DNA of 63,990 nucleotides, filler included, from Diploschistes diacapsis (taxonomy: Eukaryota): assembly GCA_023645945.1 (NCBI GenBank). It is 7 parts of 7 records of this genome, joined end to end, with 100 filler letters (N's around TTAATTAATTAA, not from the genome) between each part and the next. Parts side by side here need not be neighbours in the genome. Positions count along the whole stretch, not along the records: positions 9,366 to 18,625 come from JALAIB010001061.1; positions 18,726 to 27,956 come from JALAIB010001062.1; positions 28,057 to 37,285 come from JALAIB010001063.1; 4 more parts are not named here. One strand, 5' to 3'. Under the pieces are notes generated by a model. The model saw only the letters and a list, made by a program, of their open reading frames with translations. It did no database searches and was not told where the DNA came from. The translations under genes were made by a program, and so were the position numbers. Numbering within the stretch: position 1 is the first letter of the stretch; each line of letters opens with the position of its first letter. Below, piece by piece: positions 17,362 to 29,193 of the stretch.

Positions 17362-17814
17362 GCTTCAGAGGTCGGGGCGCGAAAGGTCGTGACGAGAAAG
17401 GTTTCGTTACGCTTGTACCGGGTACTTGAGAAGGAGCAGAGTACAACATTAAAGTCCATATGAGAATGTAAGACGACCAAAACGTCCTAACGACGGCAAC
17501 AGCTGTGAATTTCGAGGAGCGAGCGTAGAAGAATCGGATATGTAGCAATTCCTGTCTGTCGAAGACCCTTGAGTTGAGAAGCGAATTAAAGAACAGCCTA
17601 TTAGAGGGCGTAAGAAGTAGAGGTACGAAGGCAAGATGATTGCGATGCCATTGGTTGTAAAGAAGGGTAGAAGGCGAAGTGCCAGAGAGTGGATGGGATT
17701 GGTCGAGAGGAATGGGGAGGGTAAGGCAAAGGTAAAGTAAGGTAGGGGGGAGGGTGAGGTAGGATCTGGGACGAATTGGAAGAAGTAAGGTAGGGAGTAC
17801 AAGTAACAGATGTA

Positions 17815-17909
17815 GGTAATAATAGTAATAGTAATAATAATAATAATAATGATGGAAGAAACAAGAGTGTCAAAGCACCGGCCTAGTCAGCAGTAGCAGT
17901 AGTAGTAGT

Positions 17910-17940
<31 letters not shown>

Positions 17941-17941
17941 T
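17815..17941. repeat. (TAA/TAG)n and (CAG/TAG)n microsatellites
   Basis: Read directly. Confidence 0.9.
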
Positions 17942-18181
17942 ATGTACCTAAGTTCAAACAAAGGACACTGTATCCGTAGTAGTACCATATTCCTCGAAGA
18001 GGATGGGATCTAGCAGAAAAGCGAGGCTGGTGTTACGGTCATTTGGACGGGCGGAAATAGTGCCATAAACCATAAACAACAATTAGGCAGTAGGTAAAGC
18101 TTTGCTAAAAATTTGCAGAGCGAGCCGGACTGCTGGTTGTCAAAATCCATGGATCAAAGACCGCAGGAGGGACACATAGAC

Positions 18182-18229
18182 CAGCAGCAGCAGCAGCAGT
18201 AGCAGTAGCAGTAGCAGTAGCAGTAGCAG
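18182..18229. repeat. (CAG)n/(AGCAGT)n microsatellite
   Basis: Read directly. Confidence 0.9.
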
Positions 18230-18464
18230 TCAAATGAAATAATACACATACCAGGGTAAACAATGTAGTAATAATGATGTGGTCCGTTCAGTTGTGTTAA
18301 TGGGTAATGGGGTATGGATTCTTTCATACCTTATCGTAATTGGAATGGGCATATGCTTCGCATGAAACAGATTCATGAGGTCGAAAATAGTTCCTATGAG
18401 CAAGGAAGAGCAGCCGGAGATGGGGATAGCAGCTCGTGATTGGACTTGGTGGTGAAATACGGTA

Positions 18465-18625
18465 GTGGTAGTATAGTAGTAGTTATAGTTAGTAGTAGTA
18501 GTGGTGATAAGTAGTTAGTAGTAGTTAGTAGTAGTTAGTAGTAGTTAGTAGTAGTTAGTAGTAGTTAGTAGTAGTTAGTAGTAGTTAGTAGTAGTTAGTA
18601 GTAGTAGTAATAGTAGTAATAGTAG
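18465..18625. repeat. (GTAGTTAGTA)n 10-bp tandem repeat at contig end
   Basis: Nine perfect units 18511-18600 plus degenerate flanks. Confidence 0.95.
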
Positions 18626-18725
18626 NNNNNNNNNNNNNNNNNNNNNNNNNNNNNNNNNNNNNNNNNNNNTTAATTAATTAANNNNNNNNNNNNNNNNNNN
18701 NNNNNNNNNNNNNNNNNNNNNNNNN
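18626..18725. other. Artificial contig linker
   Basis: Same 100-nt N/TTAATTAATTAA spacer. Confidence 0.99.
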
Positions 18726-18949
18726 GGGTGATGGGAGTGGGGGAGTAGGTGAGATTGAAAATTGAGTTGTGAGCTGTCGGAAAAAGAGAAGGGGGAGGGG
18801 ATGATCTGGGTATTTGCTGCTCACTATATACCGTTTGAGTCAACCGGGCTCTTAGATCTAGGAAATTGTACTGTTGTGACTTGAAGCAGCACCTGGTCTA
18901 GCGACATTTTGATGCACCACTACAGGTATAATCCTCTTCGGAGCCCTTC

Positions 18950-19400
18950 AAATCAATCGTCCTAGCTCCTCAAGGGTGATTGATGCTGATCGTTTGCCGT
19001 TTTGGCGCCCAAGTCTTCTGGGTTCTGAAAGGGGAGTGTTCCCAAGGCGATATCCGCGGCTCGACAGAACCGAATCGGGGCACATGAACTTGGGCTCGAA
19101 GGCTGACGAGGTGGTCCTTCGTAAATGGGAGGAATGTTCTATCACCTGACTTGGCAGCAGCTTCTACGCGTCATTTCGCGCGCGAGAGAGCCGTCGTGCT
19201 CAGTCTTGCCGTTTGCTCCGAGGTCAACCAAGTCCAACGACTTGCCGTCCTTCCCGGCCCGGAGTCCGCGGGAGAAGAGGAAGCCGGCGAGATCGCTTGC
19301 AATACCAATCTTAGACACCCGTTGCTGGAAGCGACTCCGCCCCATTCAATATGTCCAACATGGGACAAGGGCTTGGTCCACTACTTCCATCAGGGTCCAC
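18950..19400 (-). pseudogene. Heme-thiolate peroxidase (unspecific peroxygenase/chloroperoxidase family) relic
   Basis: SPCPMLDILN (PCP at 19370-19362) followed, in another frame, by SLDLVDLGANGKTEHDGSLARE (EHDGSL at 19201-19184); boundaries approximate. Confidence 0.7.
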
Positions 19401-20394
19401 AGGCGTCCTGGCTGCCTCGACCCGCTACAGCCCTGGACTGCGCTCGCGCCACTGCACGCTCGAATATCTCCTCCTTGTTACGTAGTAGATGCAAATAACC
19501 ACGTGTCAAAATCGTCCAGGTCTCGCTCAAAGAGGTCACAGCTATGGTCACCGAATACATAGTGTTCTTGGCGAATATCGCCTCGGACGGCAAGGCCAGC
19601 GTAGAAAAGCACAACGCGACGATGATAACTGCCTGGAGGAATATTCAAACGAACAAAACAACACCAAAGCTCCAAGTAAAGAAGATGCAGAAAAGAGACC
19701 GGCCCAGGAAGCCATGAATTGAAGAGATGAGCCCACTAGTGCGAGGCGATGTTGACGATATTCTACATAGCCCCCATTTCACCATGTCGATAACGCGATT
19801 GCAATTTGCCCTTTGCTGTTACAAATCAAGATACAACCTACGAATGTCGAGATCTGCGTACGCGGATTCACTATGTGGACGGGATTTTACCATCTGAAAA
19901 GTGATGGCTTGGGAGCTGTTTTTAGAGGCTGTATCAATACGAAAGCATCACTCTACAGCTGCAATTTTATCCGTCAACAATGCTAACTAGGATATGCCAG
20001 CTCGTTTCAGCTCGGCTCGATGTTATCCCAATCAACTAGTAGAGGCTGAATCGCGAAGCACGAAGCAGAAAGGTGGCGGTTGCCTTGACGTAAGTTGTTC
20101 GCACTTCTTTTCTGCCGGAGTCTGCGCAAAAGAAGCACTGTTCCATAGCATGAGCCTTTCTCTCTACAAAGCCTCTACAACTTATCTACACCAACTGCAA
20201 TTGCTTATCTGGGCGTATTGTTGACCACTCTACGAGCCCCAAGCAGTAGTAGTGTCAAGTACCAGCTGTATCAAATCCATGCACTGATCTGGCAGCTAGA
20301 CCCAGGGAGCTGCTGACTGGGCTCATACCCGGGTTCGTACATGCAGACACCGTATCGCAAGTCTACAATACAATCACAGCTCTATTCAATCATC

Positions 20395-21119
20395 ATACGA
20401 AGATAGATTTGCAAGACGAGAAAGCCGTCACGCAGCATTGTCTCTTAATCTGCGATGAGGCAAAAATCCTACATGGGGACTTTGCAGACACGACAAGTGT
20501 CAATACTCCGGGCCATGAACCAGTTATGAGCAAGATGAAAGACCTATTCGAGGCGCATATGCTAACGGAGAAAGCCCTAGAATAAGGGAGACATGGATTT
20601 GCCAACACCATAGAAGCCTTGCAAGATCGGCTCAACAGAGTATTATCCTGTAGTGGCGATGAAAAGAGCTACGCTAGGTCCCAACTACTAGTAGATATAG
20701 CTGTGTCAAAACAGTGCTTGTCAGTCTGCGATCAAGCCACCAAGCAGGTAGATGGTCTCAAGATCCACAACATTGGTCCTCTCATTGCGGAAAACGATAC
20801 TGATCAGGTTGTCATTCCTACTCTGGCCGATCTATTCAATGTCGAGAGAGTGGAAGCAAAGAGTGGCTCAGCTCAACTAGTCGGTTCGATGACTGACGAT
20901 TCTTTGAAACAGCTCTCTAGTAAACGTTATAACGGTAGATTTGGTGCTCGTGCTAGTGATATTGAGCACGCCGAAAGAAAATAGCATTTCATCACAGGAG
21001 CATGGCACAAAGGAAGACTATCCAAAGGTGCATTGCCAGATCGTTACCTCCGGAGAAACCAAACTTCCATAGAGAAACCTTCCGCCAACGAAATGAGAAG
21101 GAGGACAACAGAGACTTGA
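20395..21119 (+). pseudogene. C-terminal fragment resembling fungal Helo_like_N (azaphilone cluster protein L-like) family proteins
   Basis: One frame reads DLQDEKAVTQHCLLIC...KQCLSVC...DQVVIPTLADLF...QLVGSMTDDSLKQLS...KPSANEMRRR with in-frame stops TAA 20583 and TAG 20982; N-terminus missing; family call from recalled similarity. Confidence 0.55.
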
Positions 21120-23231
21120 CTAAATAACAAAAATAGCAAGTTTGATTTGATAGCAAGAGACAGTTTACCATATGTTTCACGAGGTTTACACGACGAATGG
21201 CAATTTAAATAAACTAGGCAGGTTTTCAGCCCATAGTTGTAGATAATGTGTTAGAATTTGGGACATTGGTTGTCAGTCAAGGGCGGTTACTAAATATTGA
21301 CGGTCAATGTCTTATGAATGAGAAGGAAATGCTAGTTGCGCATGATGCGTCTCCTAAAGTTGAGCTCTATATGATTTGATTAGCGTGCCATACTTTGCGT
21401 CAGCTAGATAGAATATGATCCTCGACCGTAAGTTAGATCATTGATGGTCATGTGCTTACCTCGATTTTCTTGCTGTATCGAGAGGTTGGGACTTCATTTT
21501 GTGGTGTTTCCGCTTGTATTCGGTATTGGGTGCAGTCAGTTTTGCTACATAATTCTCATCTTCGGCTATGTAACAATCGGCAGCAATCTTTCGATGCCGC
21601 AGCGCATCGGCTTCAGTGGTCAACTTTGATGTCGTCCTATCTTGTATCGGGATGTGTTGTTCACGAATTGCAGCTTTAGAATTTGTGCCGGCAGTGGTAT
21701 CGAGGTAGAGTGGACGCGATACCATATTGTGACCCTGGAAATGATGACCATTGGATGCTATCGTATCGAATACTCGGACCTGTTCTGCGAATAGCTTAAG
21801 TCAACACATCACAATTGCGGAAGAAAAGCAGTCAACCACTGATTGAAACTCAATCCACATACCAAGTTCTGCTCTCCCACGTTGCCGACATAGTTGTTGG
21901 AGCAAACATACTTCCGGCTGCAGAGCATCAACTGCGTCCCTGAGGACCGACACCGTAGACCCGAACACGCAATACCAGAGCTGGGAGACCCTGGTGGAAG
22001 AGCGGGTAATGTGTCTAATAATGGTGAAAGATAAGGTCAGTGTGGCAGCAGTTGAAGACCCTGATGAGAGTATGCTGTTGCTTGACCATAGATTCGAGTA
22101 GAATCAACTCCATTTACGACGGGAGAACGAGTCATTTCTCCACGAAGCAAGCCTGGATGCGATAATTCGATCCGAGCATTTGTGGATCCAGCTATGATAC
22201 TATCTTCATGAAGCTTCTGCTTTGTACCATCGTGATAAGACGTATCCAAGGGAGGAAGGCAGAAATCTTTTGCAGCAAGGCTACATCTCCCCACCGAAGT
22301 ATAGCTATGTGTGGATGGAAATGTGTCCAGTGTTTGAAGATATTCTGGTGTCCAGTAAGGATCGTTCGCGTAGGACAATTTTCTTAGTGGTTTGAATAGA
22401 GGTTCTCGCCAAGCGGAAGACATTGAAGAGCCACTAGAGTATGGTCGGAGACAGTATTGAGAAATAAGAAGGGAAGAAACTGACTTGGAGGTAACAATCC
22501 ATCGAGTGAACAACGGTCGAAGCGCAGTGATCACTGGGGACTGCCAACTGGTATTTGATAACCAATTTGGCGAGAACAAAGAGCACGCAAGGGATAAGTA
22601 TTAGATCTATCAGATCTAGTCGGAAAGTCCGAAGAGCACAGAAGCGAGAGCAGGACGCGAATCATCATTATCAGAGTTCAGAAGACATCGATAGCGGAAT
22701 CGATGCATCACCAAGATCGTGGAGGCAGGTTTCGCTGTTCAGGTCAAACCTGCCATACGACTCAAGGAGGGAAACCAGTGTCTGCAGAGGTATTGTGGGT
22801 TATTGAGTTTTTAATGTGAAGGAAAATACTATGCTCACTCTTGCTCGTACTGCTACGAAATGTAGACTTTCGGTTTCAGCCAACCACTAACGAACACGAT
22901 CAATTGTGTGTGTGTGTGGACGAAGCAGCAGCCATGATACTTGATTCTCATCTTACTTTTCCCATTGTTTCATTCTTTCCCAAATCTTCGAAGATACAGT
23001 GTCTATTGCAGATCGCTGGTTATTAGCACCCAGCATCTCCATGATTTGGCAAGAGACCGGGTCTGCTTGCTCCACCTGTACATGTAGCCCTTTTTTCGCC
23101 TATCACGAACGCCCATCGATAGCGGACCCGATTCAGCCTTGCCTATATCTCCCAAACAGACCTGTGGATAGCCAAGGGATACCTAAAGATCGGGAGCGCT
23201 TAACCAGCTTATCCAGAGAACCACGACCGGC

Positions 23232-26050
23232 ATGATCGAGCATTCAGCCAAGAGGCCGGAAGACCGGCGTGATTTTCAGATTGGAATCATCTGTGCCCTG
23301 ACTCTGGAAGCAGAGAAGGTTGAAATAGTTTTTGATAAAAGATGGAAGAAGAAAGAGGACGGCAGCGGTTACGGAAGATCAGTCAATGATCCCAACACCT
23401 ACACGACCGGTGTCATTGCCGGTCACAACGTTGTTCTTGCCTATTGCCCTGGTATCGGTAGCAATAGCGCAGGTCAAGTAGCGACATGGCTGATGGCTAG
23501 TTTCACTGGTGTCAAGATCATTTTCGTTGTGGGAGTCTGTGGAGCAGTACCATCCTACAAGTTCCGAGAGAAGATACAAAAGGTTGTGCTTGGAGATTGT
23601 CTCATAAGCACAGCGGTTATACAATTTGATCACGGTAGAGAAGGTCCTTGCGGATTTGCAAAAAAGGATGGCGTGGATGGGCTCGGAAGGGCTAGCATCC
23701 AGATCAGAGCATTGATGGCAAAGCTGCAGACATCAACGAATAGGCAGGAGTTGACAGGCGAGCTTTTGAAAAACCTCAAAGGCTTGCAAGAGGCAGACCA
23801 AGAGGCATTCAGTATCCTGGCAAGGATGAGGATCACTTGTACAAATCTTCCTATATACATACTCATCATGCCACAGTGTTCGAAGAACCAAAGTAACCAA
23901 AATGTATGCTCGGAGTCGCATCACGCTCAAGTCTTGTGCTGTGCTCAAGTTGCTTTTCGTCGCAGCCAATCTCCTTGCAACTCTTCTCACAAATTCCAAG
24001 CACTGGATTGCACTGCTTGCAAACCTCAACTGTAATCAAGTCCGGCCAGAAACGTGACGAGCTTGCAAAGATTGACAAGATTATCGCTCTTGAGATGGAA
24101 GGCGCAGGAGTATGGGATGTTTGTCCGACGATCGTTGTCAAAGCTGCTTGCGATTATGCCGATAGTCACAAGAACAAGAAATGGAGGTCATATGCAGCTG
24201 CTGTTGCTGCAGCAGGACTCAAAGCGCTTCTAGAGACGTGGGAGGTCACGGATGCGCTACTAGGAGCAGGTAAGCTCTTCTGAAGCTAATCGCTCTCGAA
24301 CGAGTCGTAGATTTGGCTAACCACTGACAGTCCCTTTGCCAGGCATTTGCCCATAATGTTGACGATACTGCTGCTCCATCTGTCAAGAGCAGGTCAATCT
24401 ACATGATCCCTTATCTTCAGAATAAGAGCTTCATTGGAAGGCAGAAGAAGTTACAAGAGCTAGAGGATCGATTGCTGGTGAATCAAGAAACTCGCCAGCT
24501 CGCAATATATGGCCTAGGAGGCGTTGGAATGATACAGCTCGCACTTGCGTTCTGGAATATCGTTCCAACAAAATATCCTGACTACTCGATATTCTGGGTG
24601 TCGACGTTGAATAATGCTCAATTCAAACAAGACTACACCCAGATAGCAAAGAAATGTTTCATCGCTACTGAATCTAGCGAGGCTGAGTTGGTTTCAATCG
24701 TGCGAGAATACCTAAGGAGTGAGGAAGCGGGGAAGTGGCTTCTCATTGTGGACAACGCAGACGAAAAGCTAGATCTCCTTGATCCTTCTTCTGGCGTTCT
24801 CAACTACTTGCCCTCGAACGAGACTGGACTTCTGTTATTCACTACTAGATACAAAGAGATAGCTGTCAATGCGGCTGAAAAAAACATTACGGTTTTTGGA
24901 AGAGATGGAGCCGACTGAAGCAAAACATTTCCTTCAGAAAGCACTGGGGAACTCCGTCTTGGTACGAGATGAAGCGACTGTCGAGGAACTACTGGCAGAG
25001 CTGACATACATACCTCTGGCTACTATACAGGCGGCCTCGTACGTAGTCAAGAAGTCTATCACGATTTCCAGATACCTAGCTCTGATGAAGAAGACCGAGA
25101 AAGAGATGATCAAGTTACTAAGCCAGGACTTTCGCGATACAACCCGAGAAAAGGAGGCTAAGAACGCCGTTGCTGTAACCTGGCTAGTATCATTCGAGCA
25201 GATCAGGAGAGATAAACCAGAGGCTGCAAATATTCTGCTCTTCCTTGCTCTGATAGAACACAAGGCTATCCCATTGTCTGCTCTACCATCAGCAAGAGGC
25301 GATTGAGGCAAAGACGAAGACAATGATTTGACAGATGCTATAGGTACATTAGTTGGACACTCGTTCCTGACAAAGCAAGGAGATGGCGGAACCTATGATG
25401 CATAGACTGGTACAACGTGCAGTCAAGTTCTGGATGCAGAAGGCCGGGATTCTCGATGAATGTATGGAATTTACAGTGTCACATATTGCAAAAGTCTTTC
25501 CTGAGGCAAAGTAGGAGAACAGGAATCTATGGCGAAAATATATACCACATTCTATTCGAGATTTGGAGAACACGAAGGCGACACCTTCGCAGGACAGAGC
25601 CACTCTGTGTATCAAGCTTGGCCAGAGTCTTGAAATAGATGGCAGGACCCCCGAAGCTGTTACATGGATATTCGAATGTGTTTCGTGGAGAACTCAGCAA
25701 CTACCAGAAGATCATCCATCTCGACTAGCATCTCAGCATGAACTTGCCTTGACATACCTGTGGAATGGACAGGTGATGGAGGCAGTCCAGATGCTGGAGA
25801 GAGTGGTTGCAATCCAAGCAAGAGTGCTTGCAGAAGATCATCTATCTCGACTGGCATCGCAACATCATCTCGCCTTGTACTACAAGTTGCTAGGCAGGCC
25901 TGATGAAGCGATCTCGTTGATGCAGCATGTCGTTATTATGCGAAAAACTCTTTAGCAGATTAAAATCCTCATCGGCTCCTGTCTGAAACCAAATTATTTC
26001 GTATGCTCGATCAAGGGGAAACTGACGTAGGGTTAGGAGAAGAATGGTAG
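23232..26050 (+). pseudogene. Fungal NLR pseudogene: PNP_UDP effector, NB-ARC, TPR repeats; intron ~24270-24342
   Basis: [68 protein letters not shown]-loop, WLLIVDNAD, LLFTTR, IPLATIQAASY; EDHPSRLASQHELA repeats; several frameshifts, stops and an internal inversion. Confidence 0.92.
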
Positions 26051-27172
26051 CTGCAAGCCTACTTGATGGGCGGTGCTCTACGCCAAAGTCTTGACTGGAA
26101 GATCTGATTTTGTGACCACCCTATCTGAATGACTATTGCATGCCAGAATTTGATGTTCGTTGGCTAAATACTAGATTTAGGCTTCAGAGAACTATGTACG
26201 GCTTTAGTGAGGCCTGCTCCCCACTCTTGAGATGTCTGTTGCCCTGGAATAGTAAGATGACTCTAAATGATAAGTGGAAGAGAGAGAGAAGAGAGAAGAG
26301 AAAAAGGACAAGTTGTATGAGAAAGGCTCATTATTTATTGATGATCATTTCGAAATGGCAATAACACACAAAAAGAAGGAATCAAGAATGATGAGGTCAG
26401 GATGGAATGTCAACCACGTTTGCCATAAGTGATCAACATGGACATTGTAATGATGGAATTCGCAATGAGAACGTGATCGAAGCCATTCCTCGCCCATGGA
26501 TCAATAACTGACCAACCGTACGGACAAAGCAGCACTTACTGTCAGAGTAAAGCATTGCATAGTCTTGCGGAATGGTTGTTGCATCGATTGCCAGAAGAAC
26601 CTTGATTGAGGCATTAAGCAGCGCAATGCATGCCTCAAGTCTTGTTTTGTTGACTGGTTAATAATGGGCGATATGAGAGTGAGGAGCGTGTAAGAAACAT
26701 AATTCAGATGAATACGAGGTTGTGGTCTTTCGTGCAATATTAAAAGTAGTGAATATAAGAATTACTGTTGCTCGCGCTTGATGATGCTGTATTTCTGCCT
26801 GCGCTGGTGCTTGACTTGCCCGTTGCAGCTCACCTTATCTAGTGCCGTTGCCTATGACGATCTTGAGCTTTCTAGAACCGAGATGTAGCCCAAGCTCGAA
26901 ATCCGTCGTCGATATTTGCCAGACACACGTTCTCGAAAAGCTTCTTGCAGTAGAGCGGGACCACGCATGAAGATGACGATGATATGCTGCTTTCTTACAG
27001 GCCCGTCTTGCCACCGTACCTGTAAACAGTCCTGTCAACACTTGGTGCATAGGGTATAGCGGCCGATGGGCATGCCTTCGTGGGTAGATTACGAATGTGA
27101 TTGCAGTCACTACTCCATCAGCCGTTGAGGGTTGTGAGACCATAGTAGGTTATTACAGTGATCTTGGAAGTG

Positions 27173-27771
27173 TCATTGCTGTTTCCGACTCACGAAGACG
27201 CTCCTCAGGCTATACGCTGCAAGAGACTGCTCCTCCAGGAAACGGCTCTCTGGACAAGCAAACAATGTTTTGCCAACGTTACGCTTCCTCTTTCGATTTA
27301 GCCTGATCTCTCCCAAGACTTTCCTTGTGCTGATCTCACTACGCTCAGAGTCAATAATCATTGCCTTTCCAGTGGACCGATCAACCACGATGTTTCGAGC
27401 TTCGGCATCACGATGCAACACTCCTTTATCATGTATAGCTTTCAGAGCCTGCGCCGCCTGAGGTTGGACTGACAGCAAGGATTGGTCGTGGTGGAGAGAG
27501 TCGTTCATTACTTTCAGAAGAGGTATCCCCGCCCAGCTTAATAGGAGAATGTGTTTAAGGTCTACGCGCCATCGTAGAAAAACGGGAGCTCGAGAGTCAT
27601 CAATCCACAGCAAACAGGAATGTACCTTCCCTGCAAAGCTTTCAGATGCCTGTAGATCCGAAACTCATTTTCTAGATGATGCAAATCATGTTGATGGCAG
27701 CCTTTGGCAACGGAGGCATAGCCATGGGAAGTCAGTATTATCTTAAGTAGAGGTCCAGGAGAGCTGTGCAT
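27173..27771 (-). pseudogene. 5'-truncated, frameshifted fungal protein-kinase-like gene
   Basis: GPLLKIILTSHGYASVAKG, LENEFRIYRHLKALQGRYIPVCCG, then shifted frame LLSWAG, ALKAIHDKGVLHRDAEARNIVVD, IIDSERS; upstream replaced by AT-rich DNA. Confidence 0.75.
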
Positions 27772-27779
27772 ATATCGAG

Positions 27780-27956
27780 GATAATAACCGGTATTAATAT
27801 TTCTGTCATTCGCAAATTAATCATGAACCTTTTGGAAAAAACTGTATAAAAAATATATTATTAACTATATCGTTTAGCATTAAAATAATACGAATCTGTC
27901 TATGCGCCATTATAAAATCCTATAAATATTTATATAACGTGTTTGACGGGGATTCC
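27780..27956. repeat. AT-rich, RIP-like repeat relic at contig end
   Basis: Abrupt AT enrichment with many TpA dinucleotides. Confidence 0.6.
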
Positions 27957-28056
27957 NNNNNNNNNNNNNNNNNNNNNNNNNNNNNNNNNNNNNNNNNNNN
28001 TTAATTAATTAANNNNNNNNNNNNNNNNNNNNNNNNNNNNNNNNNNNNNNNNNNNN
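27957..28056. other. Artificial contig linker
   Basis: Same 100-nt spacer. Confidence 0.99.
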
Positions 28057-29193
28057 CTATAAAAACAAGATAAGAAATTATCGTAGATTTATTTAATCTA
28101 AAAAGATAAAAGTCTTATTTCTTAAGAATTAATTTAACTAAGCCGGCGATATCGCGGCTAGTTTTAATAATTCTAAACCGAATTCCGAAGACACGTCTTC
28201 TTACGCGTTCGCGTATACCTCAGACGATTCTAAATCTAATTTTTTCGTTAAATACTTCGCTTACGCGTCCGCACGACCTTTTATTAATTTAAGAACCTTT
28301 CGATTACGGCGAATGCGACGTTTATATTAAAGACGACGATCTTTAACTTTACGAAATTATTTTTTCAACTTCTTCTCTTACTTATTATCCTCGTTAACAA
28401 GCTTTTTATCCTTCTCGATCTCGTCTTTCTTTAAAGGGATGATCCGTTCAATTACCTTTTATATAATAGAAACACAATCTTTCCTATTAAACTTAATATA
28501 GCGAGTATATTTCACCGAAATAAAAGACATTCTAATATAATCGTAAAAAAATAAATAATGATTATAAAATAATATATTTAAAAAACCCCGAAGACGAATA
28601 ATAAAGCTTAAACGTTTCTTTTATATCGAAGATAAAGAAGACATCGCTATCCTACGACTTAAGATTCTTTTTTATTTAATATTTATATTAATTTTTCGAT
28701 GTTTATCGGGCCGATAAAGCTAAAAAAAAAAGATAATATTACGATCCAAAATATTAGGCGGTAATACTTGGCACGTAATAGCTAATCGGGTACTTCTTAA
28801 TCATTTCTTATATATAATCTAATTAGGATAATAGAGATTACGTGACGAGTAAAAGTTTTAAAAGACCATTTTACTTAGTTATAAATAGAAAGTAAGAACG
28901 GTAATTCTATTTATTTATTTATTTATTTTATTAAAGAAGCTGTTAATTATATAAAAACGTCGTTATAATCTTTATAAGTTTAGGACGTGTTTATTTTTAT
29001 AAATATTTTTAGTTATTACTCGGGATTAATTTATATTCGTTATTTTTATTTTTAGAAAGCCTTTTTTTTAAAGATAGTTTAAGATTTATAACTGCTTTAC
29101 CTTCTTCTCCTGTTTGCACTCCTTTTCTAACAGAGACCAAACCCACCTTGATCAATACCTCGTGTCTACCTTATAGAGATAGAGATCATAACA
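28057..29193. mobile_element. Heavily RIP-mutated transposon relic, probably the 3' part of an LTR retrotransposon
   Basis: Very AT-rich, CpA/TpG depleted with CpG retained; stop-ridden minus-strand ORF from ATG 28644; ends ...CATAACA at 29193 like an LTR terminus. Confidence 0.6.

Noticed and set aside
18511..18600. Regular repeat as a CRISPR-like array
   Set aside because: Head-to-tail 10-mers without spacers, in a eukaryote; simple satellite
21400..23200. Coding-like fragments including the 180-aa ORF 22037-22579
   Set aside because: No family motif recognised in any frame; left unannotated pending blastx
23232..26050. NLR rescued by A-to-I editing of premature TAG stops
   Set aside because: Frameshifts, an inversion and a mutated P-loop cannot be repaired by editing
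27780..29193. One continuous AT-rich transposon spanning the gap
   Set aside because: The two halves belong to different size-sorted contigs, so adjacency is artificial
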